Source of the DNA: an uncultured Gemmatimonadales bacterium | GTDB lineage: Bacteria; Gemmatimonadota; Gemmatimonadetes; Longimicrobiales; RSA9 | Assembly: GCA_963816355.1 (NCBI GenBank) | Contig: CAWFKH010000005.1 | Location: forward strand, 96,001 to 160,000 | Direction: 5' to 3' | DNA: 64,000 nucleotides | Shown here: piece by piece, positions 20,818 to 31,360 of the stretch | How positions within the stretch are numbered: the stretch's first letter is position 1 | Layout: every line of letters starts with the position of its first letter | Notes under the pieces: generated by a model | Database searches by the model: none | What the model was told of the DNA's origin: nothing | What the model saw: the letters and a program-made list of their open reading frames with translations, nothing else | Translations under genes and position numbers: made by a program

Positions 20818-21732
20818 ATGACAGCCAGCCGCCGCGCCGCGCTCGCCGCCGTGCTCCTCCCCCTGTGCGCCGCCCGTTGCGGCCGCGAACCCGAGGGCGG
20901 GAGCCGTCTCCGGCACGTCCCGCTCTCCACTCCCGTCTACCGCGCCCGCGTGCTCTTCGTGGGGGAGAGCGCCGACTCTCCGATCGCCGCCGTGGCGCAC
21001 TTCTCCGCCGGCGGCGCCGGCCACCGCGTCGGACACCGCGTCCACGTCTGGCTCGGCCGCGGCTCCGGCTGGCGGTCCATCGCCGTCGAGGAGTGGCGCG
21101 ACGCGCCGCTGCGGGACACCTCCATGATCCTGCCGCACGGGCGCATCCGCCTGATGCTCGGCGACGACGGCCGCATCGAGTCCATCGCCGCCAGGGGCGA
21201 TTCGACGGACCTCCGCTTCGACGTGGACGACAGCATCCGCGCCTGGGACGCCGGCGACGCCGCGCGCCTCGGCCTGTACGCCGCCCGCCTCGTCCTCGAC
21301 GACCGCGCCTACGACGGCGCCCTGCTCTTCGCGCACGACGTCCTCGTCGACACCGCCGCCGCGGCGTCGGCCGGCGCAGCGGAGGCGCTGCTCGCGGAGG
21401 GCGGCGGCCGCTACATCGTCGTCGTGCAGCGCGGCGACGACGGCCCCTTCACGCTCGAAGCGGAAGCCCGCCACCGCGCCACGGAGGGCACCAGAGCCGC
21501 TCGCACGCTGGCCGCGGGGACCCCGCTCCACCTGTCGCCGACGGGCGCTTCGACGTGGCGGCTCGGCGCCGCCGGCGACACGACCACCGGCGCCCTCGGC
21601 CCGCCCGGCTCCGGCTGGATCGGACACGGCGCGCAGCCGGGCTACGGCCGCTTCGTCGGCGTTCGCGGCACCGTGACGATCGACGGCATCCGGCACGCCG
21701 TCGCCGGCGTCGTCGCGAGCCGGGAGGAGTGA
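20818..21732 (+). CDS. Hypothetical exported protein
   Basis: Signal-like N-terminus, GC3-biased ORF abutting the next gene. Confidence 0.6.
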   Translation: MTASRRAALAAVLLPLCAARCGREPEGGSRLRHVPLSTPVYRARVLFVGESADSPIAAVAHFSAGGAGHRVGHRVHVWLGRGSGWRSIAVEEWRDAPLRDTSMILPHGRIRLMLGDDGRIESIAARGDSTDLRFDVDDSIRAWDAGDAARLGLYAARLVLDDRAYDGALLFAHDVLVDTAAAASAGAAEALLAEGGGRYIVVVQRGDDGPFTLEAEARHRATEGTRAARTLAAGTPLHLSPTGASTWRLGAAGDTTTGALGPPGSGWIGHGAQPGYGRFVGVRGTVTIDGIRHAVAGVVASREE

Positions 21733-21733
21733 C

Positions 21734-23296
21734 GTGGACACGCTGCAGGCGCTGCTCACCGTCACGTTCGGCGCGATCGCCGGGGGCGTCACGAACTCGG
21801 TCGCGATCTGGATGCTCTTCCACCCGTACGAGCCGCCGCGGATCGGCCGGCGCGAGCTCCGGCTGCTGCAGGGCGCGATCCCCAAGAACAAGGACCGCCT
21901 CGCCCGCGCGATGGGCCGTACCGTCGGCCAGCGGCTGCTCTCGCCCACCGATCTCGCCGCCGCGCTCGACCGGCCGGAGTTCCGCGACGCCTTCCAGACG
22001 AAGCTCGGCGACGTGCTCGCCTCCTTCCTCGACCGCGAGCGCGGCCCCCTCGCTGGCGAGCTGCCGGAGCCGCTCGCGGGCGAGGTGCGCCGCCTGCTGC
22101 GCGAGCTCTCCGACACGCTGCTCGAGCGGCTGCACGCGTATCTCGAAGGCGACGAGTTCCGCCAGACCGCGCACGGCTGGGCGGAGGCGCTCGCCGCCGA
22201 GCTGAGCGAGCGCCCGATCGGCGAGGTCCTGACGGAGGAGCGCGGCATGGCGATCGCCAATGCGGCGGAGAAGTGGATCACGGATGCGACGGCGTCGGAA
22301 GGATTCGAGCGCGCCGTCGACGAGTACCTCGAGCGCGGCGCGGTACGCCTGCTCGCGCCCGGCCGCACGTTCGAGCAGATCCTGCCGGCCGGCCTGGTCG
22401 CCGCGTTCGAGCGCGCGGTTTCCGGCTACCTGCCGCTGGCGATCGAGCGGCTGGGCGGCCTCCTCGACGACCCCGCCACGCGCGACCGCGTCGAGCACAT
22501 CCTGCACGAGGTGCTCGATCGCTTCATGCGCGACCTGCGCTTCCACCAGCGTCTCGTCGCCGCCCTCGTCATCACGCCCGAAACGGTCGATCGCGTGCTG
22601 CGCGCGGTCGAGACGGAAGGCGCCAACAAGCTCGCCGAGCTGCTCCACGACCCGCCGGTCCGCGAGGCGATGGCGCGCGGCGTGAACCAGGCGGTCGTCG
22701 AGTTCCTGCGGCGGCCGGTGCGCGGCGTGCTCGGCGCGCCGGAGGACGACACGGTGCGCGACGCGAAGCAGACGGTGCGCGGCTGGCTCCTCGGGGTGGC
22801 GCGCGACGAGCAGACCGCTTCCTTCCTGGTCGAGAAGCTGAAGGCGACGCTCGCCGCCGCGGAACGCCGGACGTGGGGCGACGTCTTCCGCCACGTCCCG
22901 CCCGAGAGCCTCGCCGACGCACTAGTCGCCGCGGCGCGCAGCGAGCGCGCGGCGGAGGCGTTCCGCGACACCGCCTATCGTCTCGCCGACCGCCTCCTCG
23001 ACCGCCCGATCGGCCGCCCCACCGACCACCTCCCGCCGCACGCGCCCGCGCGCCTGCAGGCCGCCGTCGCCGCGCCGCTCTGGGGATGGGTGCTCGAGCA
23101 GGCGCCCGGCGTCGTACAGAGCGTGAACCTCACGGCACGCGTCGAGGAGAAGATCATGGAGTTCCCGCCGCGGCGCGTGGAGGAGATGATCCGCGGCGTC
23201 ATCGCCCGCGAGCTGAAGCTGATCGTGCGGCTCGGCTACGTCCTGGGCGCCGGGATCGGGGGCATCTCCGTGCTGATCAACCTGCTGCTCCGCTGA
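21734..23296 (+). CDS. DUF445 family membrane protein
   Basis: GGVTNSVAIWMLFHP...GAIPK at the N-terminus; RELKLIVRLGYVLGAGIG at the C-terminus. Confidence 0.88.
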   Translation: MDTLQALLTVTFGAIAGGVTNSVAIWMLFHPYEPPRIGRRELRLLQGAIPKNKDRLARAMGRTVGQRLLSPTDLAAALDRPEFRDAFQTKLGDVLASFLDRERGPLAGELPEPLAGEVRRLLRELSDTLLERLHAYLEGDEFRQTAHGWAEALAAELSERPIGEVLTEERGMAIANAAEKWITDATASEGFERAVDEYLERGAVRLLAPGRTFEQILPAGLVAAFERAVSGYLPLAIERLGGLLDDPATRDRVEHILHEVLDRFMRDLRFHQRLVAALVITPETVDRVLRAVETEGANKLAELLHDPPVREAMARGVNQAVVEFLRRPVRGVLGAPEDDTVRDAKQTVRGWLLGVARDEQTASFLVEKLKATLAAAERRTWGDVFRHVPPESLADALVAAARSERAAEAFRDTAYRLADRLLDRPIGRPTDHLPPHAPARLQAAVAAPLWGWVLEQAPGVVQSVNLTARVEEKIMEFPPRRVEEMIRGVIARELKLIVRLGYVLGAGIGGISVLINLLLR

Positions 23297-23348
23297 CGGG
23301 CGCGCCGCCGGGCCCCGCGGCGTCCCTGTGCCGCCCGGGACGCGCGCG

Positions 23349-23807
23349 TCAGCCGCCCGCAGGCGCGACGCCCGCGTCCCTCTCGTATTCCCGGATGCGG
23401 CCGCGGACGTCGTCCGGGATCACGCAGGACTCCCCCGCTGCGTAGTCGAACATGACCTGTACCGTGTGTCCGCTCGCGAGCAGATCCTCTGCGCCCGGCG
23501 TCCCGGAAGGCAGCCAGAGCGCGTACTCCATCGTGAAGCTGCGCGTGCCGAGACGGCTGGTGCGCACGCCGACGAGCGGGCGCGAAGGGTAGCGGATGCG
23601 GGCGTGATAGCGCACGCCGACCTCCGCCAGGATGTAGCCGATGTCGTCGAGGCCGGGCTGACCCGCGACGTCGCGCCAGTAAGCGGCGCGCGCCTCCTCG
23701 AAGTACACGAGCGCGAGCGAATGGTGGACGTGCCCCATAGCGTCCACGTCGCGGAACCTCACGTCCACGGCGTGCCGGAAGCGGTACGCCGCCAGGTCCG
23801 GGCTCAT
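23349..23807 (-). CDS. Acyl-CoA thioesterase (4HBT/YbgC hotdog family)
   Basis: VRFRDVDAMGHV, YFEEAR. Confidence 0.88.
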   Translation of the reverse strand: MSPDLAAYRFRHAVDVRFRDVDAMGHVHHSLALVYFEEARAAYWRDVAGQPGLDDIGYILAEVGVRYHARIRYPSRPLVGVRTSRLGTRSFTMEYALWLPSGTPGAEDLLASGHTVQVMFDYAAGESCVIPDDVRGRIREYERDAGVAPAGG

Positions 23808-23971
23808 CGCCGCGGCGGCTTCAGCCAGTCGAGCGGCGTGAAGCTGCGCCGCCGTTGGCGCCGCCGGTGGATCACGCGGTCCTCGCCGCCCGGCAGGCCC
23901 GGGAAGCCGATCCCTATGTAGACGCCCAAGCCGAGCGCCAGCACGGCGCCGAGTATCTCGATCACGATCAT
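23804..23971 (-). CDS. Small membrane protein (55 aa)
   Basis: MIVIEILGAVLALGLGVYIG; 4-nt overlaps on both sides; GGAGG RBS. Confidence 0.65.
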   Translation of the reverse strand: MIVIEILGAVLALGLGVYIGIGFPGLPGGEDRVIHRRRQRRRSFTPLDWLKPPRR

Positions 23972-24921
23972 TCGTCCTCCCTTTCGCCTCCCGCGCGGGA
24001 TTCCGGCTCCCGCGCCGCGCCCGCCGCGCGGGATCCCGGCTCCGGCGCCGCGCCAGCCGCGCCAGCCGCGCCCGCCGCGCGGATACGCTCCAGCAGGCGC
24101 TCGTGCAACGCTCCGTTGGTCGCCACCACGCCGCGCACATCCGGCGCGGCCTTGTTGTAGCCGATCGAGGCGCCGGAGAGCTCGCTCGCGCGGCCGCCCG
24201 CCTCCTCCACCAGCAGGGCGCCGGCGGCCACGTCCCACTCGCTCTTCGGGCCGCGGCTGAAGAATGCGTCCGCACGGCCGGCGGCGACGCCGGCCAGCTT
24301 CAGCGCCGTGCTCCCGCAGCCCTGGAGATGCCAGTCCTCGAACGCCGCGAACTCTCCCCTTCGCATCTCGGATCGCGAGGCGAGGAGCGTCGGCCGTTCG
24401 GTCGCGCCGGCGCTCACGTGCAGCGGCGTCCGTGCGCCGCTCTCCGGGGCGAGCCGCAGCGCCGCGGCGATCCCCTTCTCGCCCGGCTCCAGCCGCTCCA
24501 GCCACGCGCCCCGGCCTCGTATGGCGTGGAAGAGCTCCGCGCCGGACGGGCTGTAGACGACGCCGACCACGACCTCGCCCGCTTCCGCCAGGCCGACCGA
24601 GACGGCGTACTCGGGGCGCCCCGCGACGTAGGACCGCGTACCGTCGATCGGGTCGACGATCCATACCCGCTCCCGCGCGGCGCGGTCCGGGTCGTCCTCA
24701 CTCTCCTCCGAGAGCCATCCGTACTCCGGCCGCGCACCGGCGAGCGCCGCGCGCAGGGCTTCGTTCGCGGCGAGGTCCGCGGGCGTCACCGGCTGGCCGG
24801 GCGACTTGTGCCACACCTCCATGTCGCGCCCGAACGCGGCGAGCGCCTCGCACCCCGCCAGCAGCGCCGCGCGACGCGCCAGCTCGAGGTCCGCGACGCG
24901 CTCGGCCGGGCCCCGCGTCAC
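23968..24921 (-). CDS. Inositol monophosphatase / CysQ family protein
   Basis: PVTPADL, LSEE, WIVDPIDGT, EWDVAAG. Confidence 0.9.
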   Translation of the reverse strand: MTRGPAERVADLELARRAALLAGCEALAAFGRDMEVWHKSPGQPVTPADLAANEALRAALAGARPEYGWLSEESEDDPDRAARERVWIVDPIDGTRSYVAGRPEYAVSVGLAEAGEVVVGVVYSPSGAELFHAIRGRGAWLERLEPGEKGIAAALRLAPESGARTPLHVSAGATERPTLLASRSEMRRGEFAAFEDWHLQGCGSTALKLAGVAAGRADAFFSRGPKSEWDVAAGALLVEEAGGRASELSGASIGYNKAAPDVRGVVATNGALHERLLERIRAAGAAGAAGAAPEPGSRAAGAAREPESRAGGEREDE

Positions 24922-25421
24922 GGCGCCAGCCGCGCCAGCGCCGCTTCGAAGCAGTCGCGCTCGTAGTCGGTGTCGACGAACACGGTGATGTCGGAGGGGA
25001 ATCCGCCGCGGTCCGCGTGCTCGAGGAGGAGCGGCACCATGAGGGCGGCGGCGTCCTCGGCGTCCAGGTTGCCGGCGCCGGTGCCGAGCGGCGCCAGCGC
25101 GGCGTCGTCGATCTCCAGCTCGCGCAGGCGCCGCAACCCGTTGACGAGGCCGCGTCGCACGCCGTCGCGGGTGACGTCCTCTTCGCTGGAGCGGACCACG
25201 ACGTGGACCACGAGCTCGGCGGCGAGGGCGCCGCCGCCGGTGATCGCCGCGGAGCCGACCGGCAGCTCGCCCAGGCGGGCGAACTGCGCGCCGAGCTCCT
25301 CTCCTGCCGCGACGTCGAGGCGACGCATCGCGGGCGTCACCGCGGAGCCATCCGCCGCGACCGGCCGCAGGATCGCGCGCGCACCGCTCGACGCGATCTC
25401 GCCGACGCGGACGCGGATCAC
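24918..25421 (-). CDS. Macro domain-like protein
   Basis: VRVGEI, LPVGSAAITGGGAL, VVHVV, LGTGAG resemble the macrodomain fold. Confidence 0.75.
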   Translation of the reverse strand: MIRVRVGEIASSGARAILRPVAADGSAVTPAMRRLDVAAGEELGAQFARLGELPVGSAAITGGGALAAELVVHVVVRSSEEDVTRDGVRRGLVNGLRRLRELEIDDAALAPLGTGAGNLDAEDAAALMVPLLLEHADRGGFPSDITVFVDTDYERDCFEAALARLAP

Positions 25422-26119
25422 GCCGAGGAGACCTCGCGCGCCCTGCGGTACATCGCCTCCGCCTGGTGGGGCAGGTTCTTCTTGTCGTACAGGATGCCCA
25501 TCGTGTAGAACGCCTTCGAGTTGCGGGCATCGATGGAGACGGAGCGTTCGAGCATGATGAGCGCCTCGTCCACGCGGCCGAGCTGGTTCAGCGCCTCGCC
25601 GCGGTAGAAGTGCGCGGCGGCCGACTCCGGCGCCAGCTCCGTCGCGCGCTTCAGCTCGGCCTCCGCCTGCGCGTAGAGACCGCGCTTGAAGAACATGATG
25701 CCGAGGTTGCCGTGTACGTCGGCGCGGTCCGGATCGAGACGCAGCGCACGCTTCAGCTCCCGCTCCGCCACGTCGTAGCGGCCGAGCGCGCCGAGGACCG
25801 CGCCGAGCGAAGCGAGCACCTCGACGTGCGTGTCGTCGATCTCCTTCGCCGCCTGCAGCTGCTCCATCGCCAGCACGGTCTCGCCCGTCTCCTCGTAGAG
25901 GCGGCTCAGCCGCACGCGCAGCTCCAGGTCGCGCGGCGCCTCCAGCGTCATCGAGCGCAGCAGGTCGATCGCGCCCGTGACGTCGCCGGCCTCCTCACGG
26001 GCCCGCAGCTCCGTGCGCCGCCGATCCTCCGGCGCCGCCGGCCGCGCCTCCGCGGCGCCCGGCTCCGCCTGATTCCGCGATTCATCCTGCCTGTCGTCCG
26101 GCTCCGTCGCGCTCGACAT
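25418..26119 (-). CDS. Tetratricopeptide repeat protein
   Basis: Several 34-aa TPR-like units; start 26119 or 26212. Confidence 0.85.
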   Translation of the reverse strand: MSSATEPDDRQDESRNQAEPGAAEARPAAPEDRRRTELRAREEAGDVTGAIDLLRSMTLEAPRDLELRVRLSRLYEETGETVLAMEQLQAAKEIDDTHVEVLASLGAVLGALGRYDVAERELKRALRLDPDRADVHGNLGIMFFKRGLYAQAEAELKRATELAPESAAAHFYRGEALNQLGRVDEALIMLERSVSIDARNSKAFYTMGILYDKKNLPHQAEAMYRRAREVSSA

Positions 26120-26186
26120 CTCGTTCTCCAGACCCTCGCCAGCCCCGCCGGCGGCGACTCCCGCACGCTCGGTGGCGCGTGAACGT

Positions 26187-26558
26187 CTACGACTCATCCG
26201 GTTCCTGTCCATTCCCGCCCTTCCTTGCCGTGCCGCCGACGCTGGCGTCGATCCAGCCGAGGTAGCCCTCCGTTCCGCCCTCGACCGGGAGCAGCAGCGC
26301 TTCCGGCACTTCGTACGGGTGCAGCTCCGGGATCCTCGACAGCAGCCGCGGCACCGCGGCCGCCGTCGTCTTCAGCACGATCAATACCTCCTGCGCCGCC
26401 TCCACCTCGCCGCGCCAGCGGTAGATCGAGCGGACGCCGCCCACGATGTTGCCGCAGGCGACGAGCCGCTCCTCCACCAGCGTGCGCACGAGCCGCTCCG
26501 CCACGCCGGCGTCCGGCGCGGTCACCAGGGCGAGCCGCGCGCCACAGCCGCCGCTCAC
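26187..26558 (-). CDS. cutA: Divalent-cation tolerance protein CutA
   Basis: LVEERLVACGN, SIYRWRG, HPYEVPE. Confidence 0.93.
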   Translation of the reverse strand: MSGGCGARLALVTAPDAGVAERLVRTLVEERLVACGNIVGGVRSIYRWRGEVEAAQEVLIVLKTTAAAVPRLLSRIPELHPYEVPEALLLPVEGGTEGYLGWIDASVGGTARKGGNGQEPDES

Positions 26559-28429
26559 GACTCGAGCTCGCTCTCGGCGGCGACGTCGTCGCTGCGGGCG
26601 ACGTGGTAGAGCGCCTCGATCAGCTTCGCGTAGCGCTCGCTCACCACCCGCCTTCGCACCTTCAGGCTGGGCGTCAGCTCACCGGAGTCGACCGTGAAGG
26701 GGTGCTCCAGCAGCGCGATCTTCTTCGGCCTCTCGTAGTGCGCGAATTCGTCCAGCCGGCGGAACGCCTCCTCCTCCATCTTCCGCTGCACGCGCGCGTC
26801 CCGCAGCAGCGCCGGCCGCTCCGCCGCCGGCACGCCCGCCTCCCTTGCCCAGGTCTCCAGTACCGGGAAGTTGGGGACGACGAGCAGGATCGGGAAGGGC
26901 CGCCGGTCGCCCAGCACCACCGCCTCCGTCACGAACGTGCTCGTCTTGACGCGGTTCTCGATCGGCTGCGGCGCGATGTTCTTGCCGCCCGCCGTCACGA
27001 TCAGGTCCTTCTTGCGGTCCGTGATCGCGAGGAAGCCGTCGCCGTCGATCGTGCCGATGTCGCCCGTGTGGAACCATCCCTCGCCGTCGATCACCTCGCG
27101 CGTCGCTTCCGGCAGACCCAGGTAGCCCTTCATCACCTGCGGACCGCGCACCAGCACCTCGCCGTCCTCCGCGATCCGCTCCTCCGTCCACGGGACCGGC
27201 CGGCCGACCGTGCCGAAGCGCAGCGCCTCGAGCGTGTTGACGTTCGTGACCGGCGACGTCTCCGTCAGACCGTAGCCCTCGAGGATCGGCATGCCCGCCG
27301 CGTAGAAGAAGCGGCCGAGGTCCGGCTCCAGCGGCGCGCCGCCGGAGACGAAGACGCGTATGCGACCGCCGACGCCCTCGCGCACGCGCCGGTAGACGGC
27401 CGCGTCGGCGAGCCGGTGGCGCAGGCGGAGTCCCGCGGAAACGGACGCCCCGCTCGTGCGCGCGTCGGCCCAGCGCAGCGCCACGTCACGCGCCCATTCC
27501 ACGATACGGCGCCGCACTCCCTTCTGCGAGAGCACCACCGTGTAGACCTTCTCGTAGAGCCGCGGAACGGAGGCGACGATGGTCGGCTTCACTTCGAGCA
27601 GGTTCGCGTCCACGCGCTCGAAGCTCTCCGCGTACGCCACCGCGCACCCCACGCCGAAGAGGACGTAGTCGACCGTGCGCTCGAACGAGTGCGAGAGCGG
27701 CAGGAAGCTGAGCGCGACGTCCTCCTGCGAGAACGGCAGCACGCCCTGACACTGCCGCACGTTCGCGTGCAGGTTGGCGTGCGTGAGCATGACGCCCTTC
27801 GGCCGGCCGGTGGTGCCGGACGTGTAGATGATCGTCGCGACGTCCTCCGGCCCCACCGCCTCCAGCGCCCGCGCGCGGAACGTCGCGAGATCCTCGACCG
27901 CGCCCGCGCTGCCGCCCAGCTCGAGCACCTGCGACAGCGTGAGCACCTCGCGATCCTCCACGGAGACCTCGTCGAACACGACGACGTGCCGCAGCTCCGG
28001 CGCGCTGCCACGGATCTCGCGGACCTTGTCGAGCTGCGCGCGGCTGGACACGAAGATCAGCCGCGCCCCGGAGTCGGCGAGCAGGTGAACGATCTGCGAC
28101 GCGGGCAGGTTCGGGTACACCGGCACGCTGACCGCCCCGGCGCACAGCATGGCGTAGTCCGCGAGCGCCCACTCCGGCCGGTTCTCCGACAGGATCGCGA
28201 CGCGCGTTCCGCGCTCGACACCGAGCGTGCGCAGCGCATCGGCCAGGCGCCGGACGTCCGCCGCGAGATCCGCGTACGAGATCCCGGACCAGACGCCGTC
28301 CCGCTTCCGCCGCAGCGCCTCCTTCTCGCCCCACCGGTCCACGGCGTCGAGGAAGTGGCGCACGATCGTGCCGGGGGACGGCTCGCCCCCCGCCGTCGCG
28401 TGGCGTGCCGTCTCGGATCGCGTCGACAT
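26555..28429 (-). CDS. Long-chain fatty acid-CoA ligase
   Basis: IIYTSGTTGRPKGVMLTH, EGYGLTET, GWFHTGDIG. Confidence 0.93.
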   Translation of the reverse strand: MSTRSETARHATAGGEPSPGTIVRHFLDAVDRWGEKEALRRKRDGVWSGISYADLAADVRRLADALRTLGVERGTRVAILSENRPEWALADYAMLCAGAVSVPVYPNLPASQIVHLLADSGARLIFVSSRAQLDKVREIRGSAPELRHVVVFDEVSVEDREVLTLSQVLELGGSAGAVEDLATFRARALEAVGPEDVATIIYTSGTTGRPKGVMLTHANLHANVRQCQGVLPFSQEDVALSFLPLSHSFERTVDYVLFGVGCAVAYAESFERVDANLLEVKPTIVASVPRLYEKVYTVVLSQKGVRRRIVEWARDVALRWADARTSGASVSAGLRLRHRLADAAVYRRVREGVGGRIRVFVSGGAPLEPDLGRFFYAAGMPILEGYGLTETSPVTNVNTLEALRFGTVGRPVPWTEERIAEDGEVLVRGPQVMKGYLGLPEATREVIDGEGWFHTGDIGTIDGDGFLAITDRKKDLIVTAGGKNIAPQPIENRVKTSTFVTEAVVLGDRRPFPILLVVPNFPVLETWAREAGVPAAERPALLRDARVQRKMEEEAFRRLDEFAHYERPKKIALLEHPFTVDSGELTPSLKVRRRVVSERYAKLIEALYHVARSDDVAAESELES

Positions 28430-28476
28430 CCTTCCGTTTCAGCAGGTCGCAGGGATGAAGCGGAGCCCTGTCGGGC

Positions 28477-28881
28477 TCAGCGGAGCACGATCTCGCTCTC
28501 GACCTCGACGTCGGCCCGGAGCGAAGCGAGCGCGCTGCAGTACTTCTCGTGCGAGAGCGCCACCGCGCGCCGCACCTTCGGCTCGTCCTCCGCGTCGAGG
28601 CCGGAGAGCCGGTAGACGAGGCGGATCCGCGTGTAGCGGCGCGGCGGCTCCGCCACCCGGTCGCCTTCGATCTGCAGATCGAACGCCCCCGGCACGACGC
28701 GTCCCCTGGCGAGGATGTCGACGACGTCGGCGGCCGTGCACGCACCGATCGCGAGCAGCATCGTCTGCATCGGCGACGTCGCCTCGACGCCGTCCCCGTC
28801 GATCCGCAGCACCGGCCCGTCCGGCGGCCCGCCGGAAAAGACGAGGCCGCGCCCGCTCCACTCCAGCGTGAACGCGGCCAT
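28477..28881 (-). CDS. OsmC family protein
   Basis: SPMQTMLLAIGACT...LSHEKYCS two-Cys pattern. Confidence 0.88.
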   Translation of the reverse strand: MAAFTLEWSGRGLVFSGGPPDGPVLRIDGDGVEATSPMQTMLLAIGACTAADVVDILARGRVVPGAFDLQIEGDRVAEPPRRYTRIRLVYRLSGLDAEDEPKVRRAVALSHEKYCSALASLRADVEVESEIVLR

Positions 28882-29354
28882 CACTCCGCTTCCCGCCCCT
28901 CGGGCGGCGTCCGATCCGAGAGATCCAGCTCGCCATCCACCACGCCACCACCCTCCAGTCGCTCCAGCGTCTCCCGCGCGTGCCTCAAATGCGCCTCCGC
29001 CTCGCCGCTGCCGGGCGGCCGCGCGAGAAACGCGCGCAGATGATCGCGCGCCTCGCTCTCCCGACCCTCCGCGAGAAGGAGGAACGCCAGCCCGTAGTGC
29101 GCTCCCGGCTCGTCCGGCTCTCGCGCGAGCACCGCGCGATACGTCTTCGACGCTTCTTCGGTCATGCCGATCCGCGTGTACGCGATCGCGATCTGCTGCA
29201 GCACCGCGGTGTCGTCCGGCGACGCGCGCTGCGCCAGCCGGAACGACGTCAACGCCTCGTGGTGATTGCCCGATCGCATCAGCTCCAGACCCTCGCGGTA
29301 GTAATCGACCTCGAGGTCCTGATCGTTCGCGAACAGCTTTTTCCATAAGCTCAT
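28881..29354 (-). CDS. Tetratricopeptide repeat protein
   Basis: TPR-like helices (YYREGL, AHYGLAFLLL). Confidence 0.8.
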   Translation of the reverse strand: MSLWKKLFANDQDLEVDYYREGLELMRSGNHHEALTSFRLAQRASPDDTAVLQQIAIAYTRIGMTEEASKTYRAVLAREPDEPGAHYGLAFLLLAEGRESEARDHLRAFLARPPGSGEAEAHLRHARETLERLEGGGVVDGELDLSDRTPPEGREAE

Positions 29355-29460
29355 GGGCAAGCAGCGTGGGCGGGAAGATCGGTGGCCGCCGGCCGGCGGC
29401 GCGCCTCAAGATAGGCGCCGCGGCGCGAGCGACGCAATCGCGCGCGGAGGCGCGGCGGCG

Positions 29461-30228
29461 CTACGCCACGCGCGAGCGCGCGGCCACGATCGTGGCCCCT
29501 CCCGGGGTCTCTTCCGAGGCGACCACGTCGAGGTCCGCCGCGTCCACCGCGGCGGCGTCCGCGGCCGAGGCGCCCTCCAGCACGAGCCGGCCGAGCGGCG
29601 CGATCGCCCGCGCCACGTCCGCGATCTCGCGCGCGGCCGCCTCCCCGCCCCGCAGCGCCGCGCCCGCGAGCGAGCGGTCGGTGAACGGCAGCGCGCCCGC
29701 CGGCAACGCCAGCCGGCTCACGCCCGCCGCCTCCGGCCACGCGCGCAGCGCCGGATCCGTGGTGACCGCCTCCACGCCCTCGACCAGCGCGGCGAGCCCG
29801 GGCGCGAAGGCGCCGTTCCCGCCGTCCAGCAGCACGATGGCGCGGCCGGGCGAGAGGCCGAGCAGCGCCGCCAGCCGCAGCGCCGCCGCCTCGCCGCCCG
29901 GCCGCGGAGCGGGCGCCGGCTCCCGTGCGCCCTCGCGCGCCGCGTCGCCCGCCGCCGCCGCAAGCGGCCCCTCCTCCGGCGTCGGCGGCGCGCGGTCCGG
30001 CCCCGGCACCGCGGCCTCCGCCGCGGCCGCGTCCTGCGCCGCGGCCTCGTCGATCGGACGGCGGAGGTCGGCGAAGCCGCCCGCGATCGCGTAGCGGGCG
30101 CGGCAGTTCGGGCAGCCGAGGATCCCCTCCAGCACGCGGCGCTCGGCGATGCGGTCCGCGAGCAGGATCAGGCCGTGCGCGGGGCCGCAGCGTGGACAGC
30201 TCAGGACGTCCGTGAGCAGGATGTGCAC
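29461..30228 (-). CDS. Trm112-like zinc-ribbon protein with degenerate methyltransferase-like C-terminus
   Basis: LSCPRC...EGILGCPNC..YAI; C-terminal LPFTDRS...VARAIAPLGRL. Confidence 0.7.
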   Translation of the reverse strand: MHILLTDVLSCPRCGPAHGLILLADRIAERRVLEGILGCPNCRARYAIAGGFADLRRPIDEAAAQDAAAAEAAVPGPDRAPPTPEEGPLAAAAGDAAREGAREPAPAPRPGGEAAALRLAALLGLSPGRAIVLLDGGNGAFAPGLAALVEGVEAVTTDPALRAWPEAAGVSRLALPAGALPFTDRSLAGAALRGGEAAAREIADVARAIAPLGRLVLEGASAADAAAVDAADLDVVASEETPGGATIVAARSRVA

Positions 30229-30240
30229 GGCTTCAGCCGG

Positions 30241-30627
30241 TCAGTCGCCCACGTCGTGCTCGGCGTACTGCGCCCACTGCTCCGGCGTCTCCCACACGCG
30301 GGCGTAAACGAGCGCGGCGGCGAGCGGCGCCGGCATGCGGCGCTTCAGCGCGTCGTAGAAGTGGCGCGCCTGGTTCTCCGCCGACGGCTCGACGCGGTCG
30401 AAGGGCGGCGTCTCGTTCAGGTTCGCGTGGCGATACGGCGCCAGCAGCGCGTCCAGATGCGCTTCCACCTCGACGAAGTCGAAGGCGATGCCTCCCTCGG
30501 CGAGCGCGTCCGTCTCCAGGGCCACCTCGAGGAGGAAGCGATGGCCGTGCAGCGGCTCGGCGGCTCCATGGTAGCTGCGCAGGCCGTGGGCGGCGTCGTA
30601 GTACGCGCGCACGTTGACGCGGTACAT
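30241..30627 (-). CDS. 6-pyruvoyl-tetrahydropterin synthase family (ExxHGH, PTPS-III-like)
   Basis: AAH, EPLHGH, PSAEN, VWET motifs. Confidence 0.85.
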   Translation of the reverse strand: MYRVNVRAYYDAAHGLRSYHGAAEPLHGHRFLLEVALETDALAEGGIAFDFVEVEAHLDALLAPYRHANLNETPPFDRVEPSAENQARHFYDALKRRMPAPLAAALVYARVWETPEQWAQYAEHDVGD

Positions 30628-30631
30628 CGGC

Positions 30632-31360
30632 TCAGCTCGCGCCGACGGGAAGGAACGGCACGGCGACGTCCCGCGGCAGATCCAGCGCGAAGAGCACCGC
30701 GCGCGCCACCCGCGCCGGCGCCAGCATCGCCGCGCGCGGCGGCAGATCCGCGTCGCCGGCGCCGGCGACGTCGTCCCACAGCGGCGTGTCGGTCGCCGAC
30801 GGCTCGACCAGCGTGCAGCGCACGCCGGTGCCCCGCAGCTCGAGCTCGAGAACCTCGTGCAGGCCGCGCACGCCGTACTTCGACGCCGCGTACGCGCCGT
30901 TGCGGGGAAACGCCCGGCGCCCGGCCACCGAGCCGATCGTCACGACGTCGCCGCTGCCGCGCTCCAGCATCGCCGGCAGGAAACGCCGGATCGTCAGGAA
31001 AGGGGCGCGCAGGTTGGCCGCGAGCTGCGCGTCGAACGCCGACGCCGGCGTCGCGGCCAGCGGCGCCAGCGCGAACGCGCCCGCCGCGTTGACGAGCACG
31101 TCCGGCGCGGCCTCGCCGAAACTGCGCTCGACGTGCCGCGCCAGACGCGCGACGGCGCCCTCGTCCGAGACGTCGGCCGCGAACGCCTCCGCGCCGAGCT
31201 CGCGCGCCACGCGCTGCAGCCGGTCCTCCCCGCGAGCGACGACGACGAGCCGCACCCGCCGCCGCGCCAGCGCCTGCGCGATCGCGTGGCCGATGCCGCT
31301 CGAGGCGCCCGTAACCACCGCGCTGCGGCCCGCCAGCGCGTCCGCTTCAGCCGACGACAT
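30632..31360 (-). CDS. SDR oxidoreductase (candidate sepiapterin reductase by context)
   Basis: [17 protein letters not shown]; located between folE and a PTPS gene. Confidence 0.85.
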   Translation of the reverse strand: MSSAEADALAGRSAVVTGASSGIGHAIAQALARRRVRLVVVARGEDRLQRVARELGAEAFAADVSDEGAVARLARHVERSFGEAAPDVLVNAAGAFALAPLAATPASAFDAQLAANLRAPFLTIRRFLPAMLERGSGDVVTIGSVAGRRAFPRNGAYAASKYGVRGLHEVLELELRGTGVRCTLVEPSATDTPLWDDVAGAGDADLPPRAAMLAPARVARAVLFALDLPRDVAVPFLPVGAS

